Shown: positions 48,800-59,000, counted from the first letter of the stretch. The stretch: 64,000 bases of DNA from an uncultured Prevotellaceae bacterium (GCA_902786565.1 CADACW010000001.1:55151-119150); one strand, 5' to 3'. The notes: generated from the letters alone by a model not told the origin. Made by a program: numbers and translations.

Positions 48800-51706
48800 T
48801 CATTCGCCCGATTCAGCAATTGGGTCGTAACGACGGTAGAGCTTCTCGTCGTACAGCCGACGGTAGGCAGCCAGCTTCTGACGGGCGTTGCTGCCAGTCC
48901 AGAGGGCGTCGTAACGGTCGGTGTCGCTATGTGTGGAGAAGGGCGTGCTGATTTGGTGCACCACAGCGAAGGAAGAGGTGTTGATGGCGTGGGTGCTCTT
49001 GTTGAGCACATAGTCACGTGCCATCCTGTTCACCACTTTCGTCGTGCTGGCGGCATCAATCTCTATCTGGTGGCCGCGCTTGTCGGTCACGGTAATCCGC
49101 CCGCTGCCACCACCTACATTGAGTTTCACTCGTATGCCGAGGGTGTCGCTGCAGGCTGTGGGATAGGCGCCGGCATCGACGACATTGTCGGCATATACGC
49201 TGTTGTCCTGGAAATGGTAACGTATGAAGGCATTGATTTCCTCCACCATGGCAAGGGCCTTGTTGCGGGCAGCCTCAACCTCCTCGCTGATGCTGCCGGC
49301 GGCACGCTGCTCCTCAAGCAAATCGTTGTACTGGTCGTAGAGCGCCTTGATGTCGCTCCAGCGGGGCAGTCCGCGGTCGTAGGCCAGCTTCATGGCGTCG
49401 TTGTCGGGAGCATAGACTGTATAGTTGTAGGAGTTGAAGTAGTTCACGTTGTCGGTGAGTCCTCCCTTTGCAGCGAAGGTGTGATAGGCATCCATGCGTT
49501 TCTTGTTGGTCACGCTGTTCACCTCGGCCAACTTGTCGCTGGCGAATCCCATAATGTCGTCCATGTCAAAGTCGCTGCAGAGGGCGAGGAACTCCGAGAA
49601 GCGGTCTTCGTCTGCCTGGAGCACACTGAGCACCGACTGCTGCGGGGCCTGTATCACACGGTCAATGGCATAGGCAGTGCCGTTCTTCTGGTTATAGACC
49701 TGGGTGATGTTCGACATCGGGATTTGCGACTCGCCGCCTACGGCTATCTGGGCACCGCTGGCCACGACACCACCGTTGAAGTAGACCTCGCCGCCATGCT
49801 TGGTCTTGTAATAGCGGTTGGCACCGAGTTTCTCTCCCTTGGGGAGCACTATGGTATGGTAGTTAAGGATATCGGTGAGCTGCGAGCGGAAACTGGCCGT
49901 CGGCACCATGCCGATGGAATCGCCCACCTCACCGGTCAGCGGGTCGTACTTCCATTGCGAACAGTAGACGTATGGAGAGCGCGGCGAGTAGTAGAACTTC
50001 AGGGCTCGGGGCTGGTCTTCTCCCAAATATGCCGGGTCTACATAGAAGCGCTGGAAAGCATCGTCGGTGGGGATGAAGAAAGCGTAGTTGGCGCTCATGG
50101 CCAGCAGGTAGGCATAGTAGTTCAGACCCAGGCTCAAGGGCGACGACGAGGCGCTGCCGTCGTGCACAGCCACGTTCATCACACGCATGTTGCTGCTCAG
50201 TGTCACCGGGGCTGAGACGGCGATGAGCGAAGGCGGTGCGAACATCTTGTTGAGCATATAAGCCACGCCGTTGTTGGCTATCTTCACATCGTAGGTGCCA
50301 TCGCTCTTGCGGTTGAGCACGTCAAGTGAAAGGCCCATGGGATCGCTGGCCTCGTCCATCACATGGCCGAACTTTGAGGGCACCGTTCCCACAAACGAGG
50401 TCTGCATGAGGTTGTTCACCAGCTGCTGCACGTTCTGCAGGGGGATGGAGTCGATGTTTTCGGCCAGATGGTCGGCGGTGTTGGGTTGTTTGCCGAAGGT
50501 GTTGATCAGGAACTCTCCCTCGCCACCGGGCAGGAAATAGTGCTGCAGAGCCTCGTCGGTGGGCACGAAGATGGCAGCAATGTCGGTGCTGGCACTGGCC
50601 GTACCGTTCTGTCCGAAGGTGTTCCATCCTGGGTCGAACTTCAGCTTGTACTGTGCCGGTGTGCCGTTGGGGTCGTATGACAGGGCTGCCTGTCCTTGCG
50701 ACAGTTCGCTCATATAGCGTTTCTGGAAGATGCTGTCAATCAGTTCCAAACCGTTGGCTTGTGCGTAGTCATTATAGTTATTGGTAGTTGCAGCATTATA
50801 ATAAGGTGCAGAGAATCGGTCGATCATACGGCTGAAGAGGTTGCTCTCACCACTGGTGCGAATGACCTCGGCCAGGTTTCCGGGAGACAGCAACACATCC
50901 TGCATCTGATGAATGTAGCCGTTCTTGCAGGTCACGTCGGCGTGGATGATCTTGTTGCGGAAGATGTAGGCCGAGTGCTGCGTGGCGTCGTAGGGCGAGC
51001 CGGTGAGCACCTCGAAGTCGCTGACGCCACCCTCGGTGGCCACCTGGGTGGAAATGTTGTTGGCCGTCATTTGCTCCTCGGTGAAGTGCACCATCATGGG
51101 CCTGGTGGCATCCATCACGAAATGTATGCCCTTGTCGGCATACTTGGCCCAGTAGCTGTTGTTCTGCGGCAGCTGGTCGATGCCCCGCATATGGGTGATG
51201 GTGTCGATGACGTTGGCACCGGTGGTGTGTTTCAGGGCTTGGCCCTGGGTCACGGCGGTGCTTCCGTTGCTGATGTTCGAGAGCATCTCCACAAGGAGTG
51301 CGTTGTCGAGCATGGAGCCATAGAGCAACTGGCGTTTCATGGCCGGAGTGAGGTCCTCGTACTTAGTGACGCCCCAGGAGTTGTTTTGGAAGAATCGCTC
51401 GAAGGCTTCGTCGTTGGCGGGGAACACCGTCTTCGAACCAGTCTTTCCGAGGGTTTCGGCGTAGTTCAGGTCGTCAATGAGGCGTACATAGTTTTTGAAG
51501 GTTCCCTCCAGCACTTCGCCAGCATCGCTGTTCAAGCCCTCCGGAGTGCTGAGGGCCTCGTAGATGCTGCCTCCGAGCCAGGCGGGATAGTTGTCCTCGT
51601 CGTCCAGATGGTAGTCGTCGGTGCAGGCAGTGACACCGCAGAGGGCAACGGCTGCTATAGAGGTTAGCAGTCTCTCTCGTGCCAAACAAAGATAATGTCT
51701 ATTCAT
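48800..51706 (-). CDS. Large multi-FAS1 lipoprotein
   Basis: Lipobox VTAC. Repeated FAS1 motifs TVFPANDEAF, CKNGYIHQM, AIFVPTDEAL, AFFIPTDDAF, KNGTAYAIDRVI and YTVYAPDNDAM. Confidence 0.82.
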   Translation of the reverse strand: MNRHYLCLARERLLTSIAAVALCGVTACTDDYHLDDEDNYPAWLGGSIYEALSTPEGLNSDAGEVLEGTFKNYVRLIDDLNYAETLGKTGSKTVFPANDEAFERFFQNNSWGVTKYEDLTPAMKRQLLYGSMLDNALLVEMLSNISNGSTAVTQGQALKHTTGANVIDTITHMRGIDQLPQNNSYWAKYADKGIHFVMDATRPMMVHFTEEQMTANNISTQVATEGGVSDFEVLTGSPYDATQHSAYIFRNKIIHADVTCKNGYIHQMQDVLLSPGNLAEVIRTSGESNLFSRMIDRFSAPYYNAATTNNYNDYAQANGLELIDSIFQKRYMSELSQGQAALSYDPNGTPAQYKLKFDPGWNTFGQNGTASASTDIAAIFVPTDEALQHYFLPGGEGEFLINTFGKQPNTADHLAENIDSIPLQNVQQLVNNLMQTSFVGTVPSKFGHVMDEASDPMGLSLDVLNRKSDGTYDVKIANNGVAYMLNKMFAPPSLIAVSAPVTLSSNMRVMNVAVHDGSASSSPLSLGLNYYAYLLAMSANYAFFIPTDDAFQRFYVDPAYLGEDQPRALKFYYSPRSPYVYCSQWKYDPLTGEVGDSIGMVPTASFRSQLTDILNYHTIVLPKGEKLGANRYYKTKHGGEVYFNGGVVASGAQIAVGGESQIPMSNITQVYNQKNGTAYAIDRVIQAPQQSVLSVLQADEDRFSEFLALCSDFDMDDIMGFASDKLAEVNSVTNKKRMDAYHTFAAKGGLTDNVNYFNSYNYTVYAPDNDAMKLAYDRGLPRWSDIKALYDQYNDLLEEQRAAGSISEEVEAARNKALAMVEEINAFIRYHFQDNSVYADNVVDAGAYPTACSDTLGIRVKLNVGGGSGRITVTDKRGHQIEIDAASTTKVVNRMARDYVLNKSTHAINTSSFAVVHQISTPFSTHSDTDRYDALWTGSNARQKLAAYRRLYDEKLYRRYDPIAESGE

Positions 51707-51977
51707 AAGGTATGTTTTATTTCTACTCCATTTAAAGTTAACATATATATAATGGTGAAGCCAGTATGACTTTCAGTGATTTCGATTTTGGGGCCGACCC
51801 AGTGTGCCGGCAAATGACCTGTCAACACGTATCGCCATTAATCGTCAAGGCAATTGCGTGGCAGGAAAAGAAGAAGGCGGATTCCAATAGAGTCATCGAC
51901 AAACAGATGCGTTGGCGAGTTGACCTGATTGGAATCCGTCTTCATTCTCTAAGTAGTTTCAGATTTGAATGTTAACA

Positions 51978-54900
51978 TTAGAAATTTGCTCTTCTTGATT
52001 TGGAAGCCATGATGGTGAGAACGGCAGAGATGTCGGCTACGTCGACAGTATTGTCATTGTTCACGTCGGCCTGCTCAATACTGGTTTTCGAGGTGTCGCC
52101 AGACATCACCGTCAGGATGCTCGAGATATCGGCCACATCAGTACTGCCGTCGCCATTGACGTCACCATTCATCTCGCCCTCGCCAAGCGGTCCGGGCCAA
52201 CCCTCGTTGTTGCCAAGCTCGACAAGGGTGAGGGTCCAGCCACCCACGCTGTACCAGTTGCCGGCAAACACCTTCTCGGTCTGCAGCTCCTCGCTACCAG
52301 TGGCGGTTCCGATAAGCAGCTGATGGTTGTCCACCACTACATTGACGAGCTCCTGGTGCTGGAAGCCACGGCCATTGCCGCTGTTGGCACCATAGATGCT
52401 GGAATAGTAGGCATAAGTGGGATCGTCTTCAGCCAGTCCGCCTTCAATCTTTGCCTTTGCCTCTTCCCAGATGGGACCATGAGTGTCGCTGGCCACCTGC
52501 TCTACGCCTTCGTCGTCAATCCATGTGTTCATAGGAATCTCGGTGAAGGTCTTCACGCCGTCCTCTGCGGGAGCGGTGAACACGTAGGCACCCTCGGCCG
52601 GTGTGCGGGTATAGACGCCCACGGTGTAGGTTCCGTTGGGCAGACCAGTCACGAGCTGCGTGGCGATATAGCCCACGAGGCCGTTGGCATTGTAGCTGTC
52701 GAAATAGCGTGTGCCGCTGCCGTCGAACCACTGTCCGCCGCCAGTGTTGGTGTTACCGTTACCCTTGTTGAAGGTCCATCCATCCTCAGCCTCGGCATTG
52801 GGGTTCTTGATGAAGGCAGTATAGTCGGTAGCGCCCTCAGTCTCCCAGATGAGCTGCTTGTTGGCGTCGAAGATGACAGCCGTCAGTTCGGCAACAAAAG
52901 CGTTCACAGTTTCAGCGTCCTTCATCTCGCTCATCAGGGCTTCCTTCTGCTTGGCCATCAGCTCCTCAATGCTGGTCTTGGCGGTGCCTTCAGAAGCGGC
53001 GGCCACGGCGGCGGCATTGTTGTAAGCGGGAACGTATGTGTTGACGTAGTTCTTCAGCAGGTTCACGCGAGCATCAATATCCTTGTAGGTAGCCTCAGAG
53101 CCGGTGAGCCAGATGTAGGTCTGCTCATAGGCATACTGGACAATCTCCTTGGCGGCGCCATACTCGTCGCCCTCAAGGGCGGCGGCCACGGTGGGCAGGG
53201 TCTTGCCGTCCATCATATACTCCTCGTACTTAGCCTCACTGGCCTTTGCCTCGTCCATAGCGTTGCTCAGAGCTGTGAGCGACTCGATGTCAGAGCTGTT
53301 GGCGGCATTGGCTGCGGCCTCCAGAGCGGCCTTGTCGGCAGCAAAGTGCATAGTGGCGGCCAGAGCCTTGGCATCGGCAACGGTCTGGTTGACAACCTGG
53401 TCGAGTGCACCGGGAGCGGCCTCGCCGAGATACCACAGTTTGAAATTGGTGGCGCAGAACCATCCGGCAGAAGCATTGCCATTGCCGGTACCCTCGGCAC
53501 CGATGGTGAGCTTGCCGTCGATGACGAGCACCTTGTCGCTGGTCAGCGTCTCCCAGCCGTCAGCATCCCATCCCTCAATGGTCATCACGGGCGACTCGCT
53601 CTTCTGGACAGTACTCTTGGCGAAGGTGTGCTGGTTGGTGATGTAGCCAGCCTGGGTGATCATGTCGGCCGACACCTTATAGAGACCGTTAGGCAGGCCG
53701 GTGAGGTCCTGGCTGATGCTCACGGTCTGGGTGAAGCCGCTGGCCCAAGCGTTCCAGCAGGTCAGGCCCTGAGTGTAGTTGGTGCGCTGGTCGCCGCTGG
53801 TGAAGCTGCCCATGTACCATCCGTCACTGGTCAGGTACTGGCTGGGATCTTCCACATCGTAGGTGTAGCCTTCTGCGGCATTGCCCTTAGGCTCGTACTG
53901 AGGCTGGATGAACCACGGGTTCTTCACGAGGTAGGTCCAGTCGGCGGGACTCTCCTCGCTTGCCGTCTGCGACTGATAGTAGGCCAGGATGGCTGCCTCA
54001 ATCTGTGCGACAAGCCCCATCAGGGTGTCGGCATTGCCATTTCCCCTTGAGCCAGTGAGCTCCTCGTATTTGGTCATAAGGTCATTCAGGCCGGGGAAGT
54101 TGGTAGTGCTCAACAGGTTGTCAATCTTGGCCAGGGCGGCATCGATGGCGTCCACCTGGGCAATGGCCTGCTGGAATTTAGCAATGTCGGCATTGGCCTT
54201 CTTCAGTGCTGTGGTCATGCTTTCCACGGTGCCGCCAATCTCGCCGTCAATCTCGGTGATGCAGTCGCTCATTTCCGACACGAGTCCGCTCAGACCCAGG
54301 TCAGAGGCCTGGGTGATGAGTTCGTTGATGTCGCCAATAGCGGCAGAGAGGTCGCTGCTGAGCAGTTCCTCCTCGTCAGCCTCACCAATCTTGTAGAGCT
54401 TGATGCCGTCGATGCAGAGGAAGGGGTTGCTGCCCGAACCGCCAGACGACTCAAAGCCGAACTCCATGGTAAAGTCGGCCGTGGGGGTGAACTCGATGGT
54501 ATGCTTGGTCCACTCAGTGTTGCTAAAACCTGTCTCATCGGCCCAGACATCCTTGCGGCAGGTCACCTTTGAGAGGTTCTTACCGTTGGTTCCAGAGGGG
54601 TTGACGTTGATGGCCCAATACTCCAGACGATACTGTGCGCAGGGCAGGTCGACCGTCTGCTTGTAGACAGCACGTCCGCCCCAACCGGCACGCATATAGA
54701 CAAAGCCGACATTGTCAGAGCCGCTGGCCACATCAGGGCGAGAGGGGGTCTCAAGGAAGGTGGTACCATTGTCGGCAATGGGTATTGCCTGTGACTCCAA
54801 ATCATAGGGTATCGTTCCAAAATACACCCATTCGCACTTAGGATAGTCCTGATTGGTCTCGATGGTCCATCCACTGACTTGTCCGATAAAGCCGTTGACA

Positions 54901-55169
54901 GCTTTTTCCCACAGACCGTCAGCTCTGGGCTTGCCATCACATGTGCCATCGGGGTGGGCATATACAGTCTTGTCTTCTGCTTCCCACGCAAAACTACGGC
55001 CTATTTTGGTCGTATTTTTCACAATTTCCTTCATCGAGCCATCCGCCTGGAAGGTGAGGTCCTGGTCGAAACCCGCATTGGCAATGAGGTGGGTCACGTC
55101 CTCTTCAGTCTGTGCCAGCATAGGAACTGCCATAAACGCACTGACTGCAAATAGTAATAGTCTCTTCAT
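51978..55169 (-). CDS. Secreted multi-module protein with a C-terminal dockerin-like domain; no catalytic domain recognised
   Basis: SPI signal. Three modules (LIANAGFD, LVKNPWF, FIKNPNAE; LPNGxY) with helical spacers. Twin Ca-loops GDVNGDGSTDVAD / ADVNNDNTVDVAD. Promoter match at 55238-55245. Confidence 0.8.
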   Translation of the reverse strand: MKRLLLFAVSAFMAVPMLAQTEEDVTHLIANAGFDQDLTFQADGSMKEIVKNTTKIGRSFAWEAEDKTVYAHPDGTCDGKPRADGLWEKAVNGFIGQVSGWTIETNQDYPKCEWVYFGTIPYDLESQAIPIADNGTTFLETPSRPDVASGSDNVGFVYMRAGWGGRAVYKQTVDLPCAQYRLEYWAINVNPSGTNGKNLSKVTCRKDVWADETGFSNTEWTKHTIEFTPTADFTMEFGFESSGGSGSNPFLCIDGIKLYKIGEADEEELLSSDLSAAIGDINELITQASDLGLSGLVSEMSDCITEIDGEIGGTVESMTTALKKANADIAKFQQAIAQVDAIDAALAKIDNLLSTTNFPGLNDLMTKYEELTGSRGNGNADTLMGLVAQIEAAILAYYQSQTASEESPADWTYLVKNPWFIQPQYEPKGNAAEGYTYDVEDPSQYLTSDGWYMGSFTSGDQRTNYTQGLTCWNAWASGFTQTVSISQDLTGLPNGLYKVSADMITQAGYITNQHTFAKSTVQKSESPVMTIEGWDADGWETLTSDKVLVIDGKLTIGAEGTGNGNASAGWFCATNFKLWYLGEAAPGALDQVVNQTVADAKALAATMHFAADKAALEAAANAANSSDIESLTALSNAMDEAKASEAKYEEYMMDGKTLPTVAAALEGDEYGAAKEIVQYAYEQTYIWLTGSEATYKDIDARVNLLKNYVNTYVPAYNNAAAVAAASEGTAKTSIEELMAKQKEALMSEMKDAETVNAFVAELTAVIFDANKQLIWETEGATDYTAFIKNPNAEAEDGWTFNKGNGNTNTGGGQWFDGSGTRYFDSYNANGLVGYIATQLVTGLPNGTYTVGVYTRTPAEGAYVFTAPAEDGVKTFTEIPMNTWIDDEGVEQVASDTHGPIWEEAKAKIEGGLAEDDPTYAYYSSIYGANSGNGRGFQHQELVNVVVDNHQLLIGTATGSEELQTEKVFAGNWYSVGGWTLTLVELGNNEGWPGPLGEGEMNGDVNGDGSTDVADISSILTVMSGDTSKTSIEQADVNNDNTVDVADISAVLTIMASKSRRANF

Positions 55170-55289
55170 GTTGAAAAAGAAATTAAGTTAGTAAATAAAT
55201 ATATATGTATTTTAGTTAGCATCTGTAAATAGCGCGTCAAAATTACTACTTTTTCACAAAAGGGCAGGGGGTGAAATTCGTATTTCTTG

Positions 55290-55661
55290 CTATCCCCCTG
55301 AAAATTCCCCTCCTGACGCATCTTGGTCGGTAGTGTTCATTTTCGCCAAAAATTCCGTTGGCAGCATACCCGTCTTTCGGCGGAAGAGCGTGCGGAAATG
55401 CTTGGGGTCGCCAATGCCGCAACTCTCGGCCACTGCCCTCACGGTGCCGGCGCCGGCGGTGAATTTGGCAATGGACAGGCTTATCTTATAGTCGTTGACA
55501 AACTCCTGAACGGACATTCCCGTGACTTCCCTCAGCCGCTTGTACAGACTGGAATGGCTCATGGCGAGCGCATAGGCCATCGTGCCAACCTTGAAATCGG
55601 GGTTCGTCAGGTTGGCTTCCACCACGTCGGTGCATCGTTTCAGAAATTCCTCGTTGGTCAT
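55290..55661 (-). CDS. Stand-alone AraC-type DNA-binding domain (HTCS output-domain-like)
   Basis: EEFLKRCTDVVEANLTNPDF...LAMSHSSLYKRLREVTGMS...VAESCGIGDPKHFRTLFRRKTGMLPTEF. Promoter match at 55758-55765. Confidence 0.85.
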   Translation of the reverse strand: MTNEEFLKRCTDVVEANLTNPDFKVGTMAYALAMSHSSLYKRLREVTGMSVQEFVNDYKISLSIAKFTAGAGTVRAVAESCGIGDPKHFRTLFRRKTGMLPTEFLAKMNTTDQDASGGEFSGG

Positions 55662-55852
55662 TCGTCAGTACGGTCAGGTCAATTCCTGCCCGCCCGGAGG
55701 CAGGACTGGGATGGCTTTCACCACAGATGTTCAGATTATAAGTTTAACAACAGACTGCAAAGTTAGTCTTTTTCCTTTAAACATGAAAGAAAATACGGAA
55801 AAAATTGCTGATGAGGGGACAAAAAAATGTATTCCGCCCAGACCCCCAAAAT

Positions 55853-55930
55853 AGATAAGTGCCTTTTATCTCCGAGATAAGTGCCTTTTATCTCCGAGAT
55901 AAGTGGCACTTATCTCTAAGGGGGGGTAAA
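55853..55930 (-). repeat. Right 78-bp inverted repeat
   Basis: Exact reverse complement of 24540-24617. Confidence 0.95.
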
Positions 55931-55983
55931 GCGGGGTTGTGAACATAATTGCAAAAAAACTTGGCCAAGTCGGTTGTATTTTG

Positions 55984-55991
55984 TAATTTTG
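55984..55991 (+). promoter_or_regulatory. -7 element for the GH2 gene
   Basis: TAATTTTG, 38 bp upstream of the ATG at 56030. Confidence 0.7.
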
Positions 55992-56029
55992 CAGGCAGAA
56001 TTTACCAAACTACACATAACAATTAAATT

Positions 56030-59000
56030 ATGAAGAAACTACTGTTTTTGATAACGATGCTACTATCGCTTACAGCGGTGTGGGCCACAGAGCGCCAAAA
56101 GTTGAACTTCAATGCCGGATGGCGACTGGCGGTGGGCGACATGGCCGATGCCAGCAAGCCTGACTTCGACGACCGGCGCTGGCAGCAGGTCACCCTACCC
56201 TACGCCTTCAACGGCGACGAGGCTTTCAAGAAAGACATTGTAGACCTGACCGACACCATCGTATGGTATCGCAAGACATTCAACCTGACCGCCAGCCAGC
56301 TGCAAGGCAAGGTGTTTGTTGAGTTTGAGGGAGCCCGACAGGGAGCCGACGTGTGGCTGAACGGCCAGAAGGTGGGATTCAGCGACAATGGCGTTATGGC
56401 CTTCGGATTCGACTTGACACCTTATTTAATAAAAGGACGGAACGTGATGGCCGTGCGATGCGACAACTCGTGGCAGTACCGCGACCGCACGCTGAACAGC
56501 CGCTACCAGTGGAACGACAAGAACTTCAACGCCAACTACGGCGGGCTGCCGAAGAATGTATTTCTGCACATCACCGGCAAGCTCTACCAGACGCTGCCCC
56601 TCTACTCCAACCTGGGCACCACGGGAACCTACGTCTATGCCACCAATTTCGACATAGCCGCCCGAAAGGCTACCATCCATACCGAGAGCCAAGTGAAAAA
56701 CGAGGACACGAAGGCCCGCACATTCACCCTGCAGACAGTGGTGAAAGACCTCGACGGCACTGTGCTGGCTGTTTTTGACAGCCAGCCCACCACCCTGCAA
56801 CCCGGCCAAACCGCCACCGTCACCGCCCAAAAGGCCGTAGAAGGCCTGCACTTCTGGTCGTGGGGCTACGGCTACCTGTACACCGTGGAGACCTGTCTTG
56901 CGGTCGGCGGTTCGCCCGCCGACAAGGTCGTCACCCGCACTGGTTTCCGCAAGACGGAGTTCCGCGACGGCAAGTTCTATCTGAACGACCGCTGCCTGAT
57001 GGTGCACGGCTATGCACAGCGCACCAGCAACGAGTGGCCCGGCACCGGACTGAGCGTGCCCGCATGGCTGAGCGACTACAGCAACGCGCTGATGGTGGAG
57101 AGCGGCGGCAACCTGGTGCGATGGATGCACGTATGCCCGTGGAAACAGGACATTGAGAGCTGTGACCGCGTGGGACTGATTCAGGCCATGCCTGCCGGCG
57201 ATGCCGAGAAGGACGTGGACGGCGCACGCTGGCAGCAGCGCACACAGCTGATGCGCGACGCTATCATCTACAACCGCAACAACCCCAGCATCATCTTCTA
57301 CGAGTGCGGCAACTTCCGTATCTCGAAGGAGCACATGGAGGAGATGAAGAAGATTCGCAACCAGTACGACCCCTACGGTGGGCGCGCCATAGGCAGCCGC
57401 GAGATGCTGGACCGCCCGGAGGCAGAGTATGGCGGCGAAATGCTCTACATAAACAAGAGCGCCACAAAGCCTATGTGGTCGATGGAGTACTATCGCGACG
57501 AGGGCCTTCGCAAGTACTGGGACGAATACAGCTACCCCTTCCACAAGGAGGGCGACGGCCCACTCTACCGAGGAGCACCGGCCCTGGACTACAACCACAA
57601 CATGGACCGGCTGGCCTGCGGCATGGTGGAGCGATGGCATGAGTACTGGCTGGAGCGCCCAGGCACCGGAAGGCGCGTCTCGTCGGGCGGCGTGAAGATA
57701 GTCTTCTCCGACACCAACACGCACCACCGCGGCGAGTCCAACTACCGCACCAGCGGCGTGGTGGATGCCATGCGTATTCCGAAAGATGCCTTCTATGCCC
57801 ACCAGGTGATGTGGGACGGATGGGTGTCGCCCGAAAAAGAGCGCACACACATCATAGGCCACTGGAACTATGGAGAAGGTGACAAGTCGGCAACCATAGA
57901 AAAGCCCGTCTACGTGGTGTCGACAGGCGACGAGGTGGAACTGTTTCTCAACGGCAAGAGCCTGGGCAAGGGCGAGCGCACATTCCAGTGGCTCTTCACC
58001 TGGCCCAAAGTGAAGTTCGAGCCTGGCACCCTTGTGGCGAAAGCCTTCCGGGCAGGCAACGGCTCCGTAGCTGCCAGCACCGACACGCTCGTCACCGCCG
58101 GCGAACCTTACGAACTGAAACTCACCGCCATGCAAAACCCGGAGGGCTTCCGCGCCGACGGGGCCGACATGGCTCTCATACAGGTAGAGGTGGTAGACAA
58201 GCAGGGCCGACGCTGCCCCCTGGACAACCGCATGGTGAACTTCCACGTGAACGGCGAGGTGCGCTGGGTGGGAGGCATAGCCACACGCGACAACAAGAAG
58301 TTCCAGATAGACGACCCGAACCCCGACAAGAAACTGCTCGACTCGGCCAACAAGAAGAACCTCTCCGACAACTATGTGGGCCACGAGTCGCTGCCCGTGG
58401 AGTGCGGCGTCAACCGCGTGCTGCTGCGCTCTACCACCACCCCCGGACTCATAGAGATTGCCGTGCAGGCCGACGGCGTGAAGCCTGCCTACCTCAATCT
58501 CAACACGCGGGCTCCGGAGGCCAATCCCCTACCCTCGCTGACGCTGAAGCCCAGTCTGGTGCGCGGCGAGACACCCTCGACGCCCTCATACGCCGACACG
58601 CGGGTGAGCGTAGGCATAGTCAGCATCAAGACGGGCAGCAACCCCGACGACGCAAAGAACAGCATCGACGACAACGAACTGACTGAATGGAAGAGCGACG
58701 GCGAGCGCGAGAACGCCTGGGTGACCTACAAGCTGGAGCGCAAGGCGGCCATAGCCGAGATAACGCTGAAGCTGACGGGATGGCGGCAGAAGTGCTATCC
58801 GTTGGAGGTCTATGCCGGCAAGAAGAAGGTGTGGGAGGGCATCACCCCCGCCACGTTGGGCTACGTCCACCTGAACATTGCACAGCCCGTGCCCGCCAAG
58901 GAACTGACCATCAAGATGGTAGGCCCGGCCCAGGACAGCAAGAAATTCGGAACGGTGAAGGAACTGGCCGGTGGCGTGGCCAACGAAATGGACCGCATGA

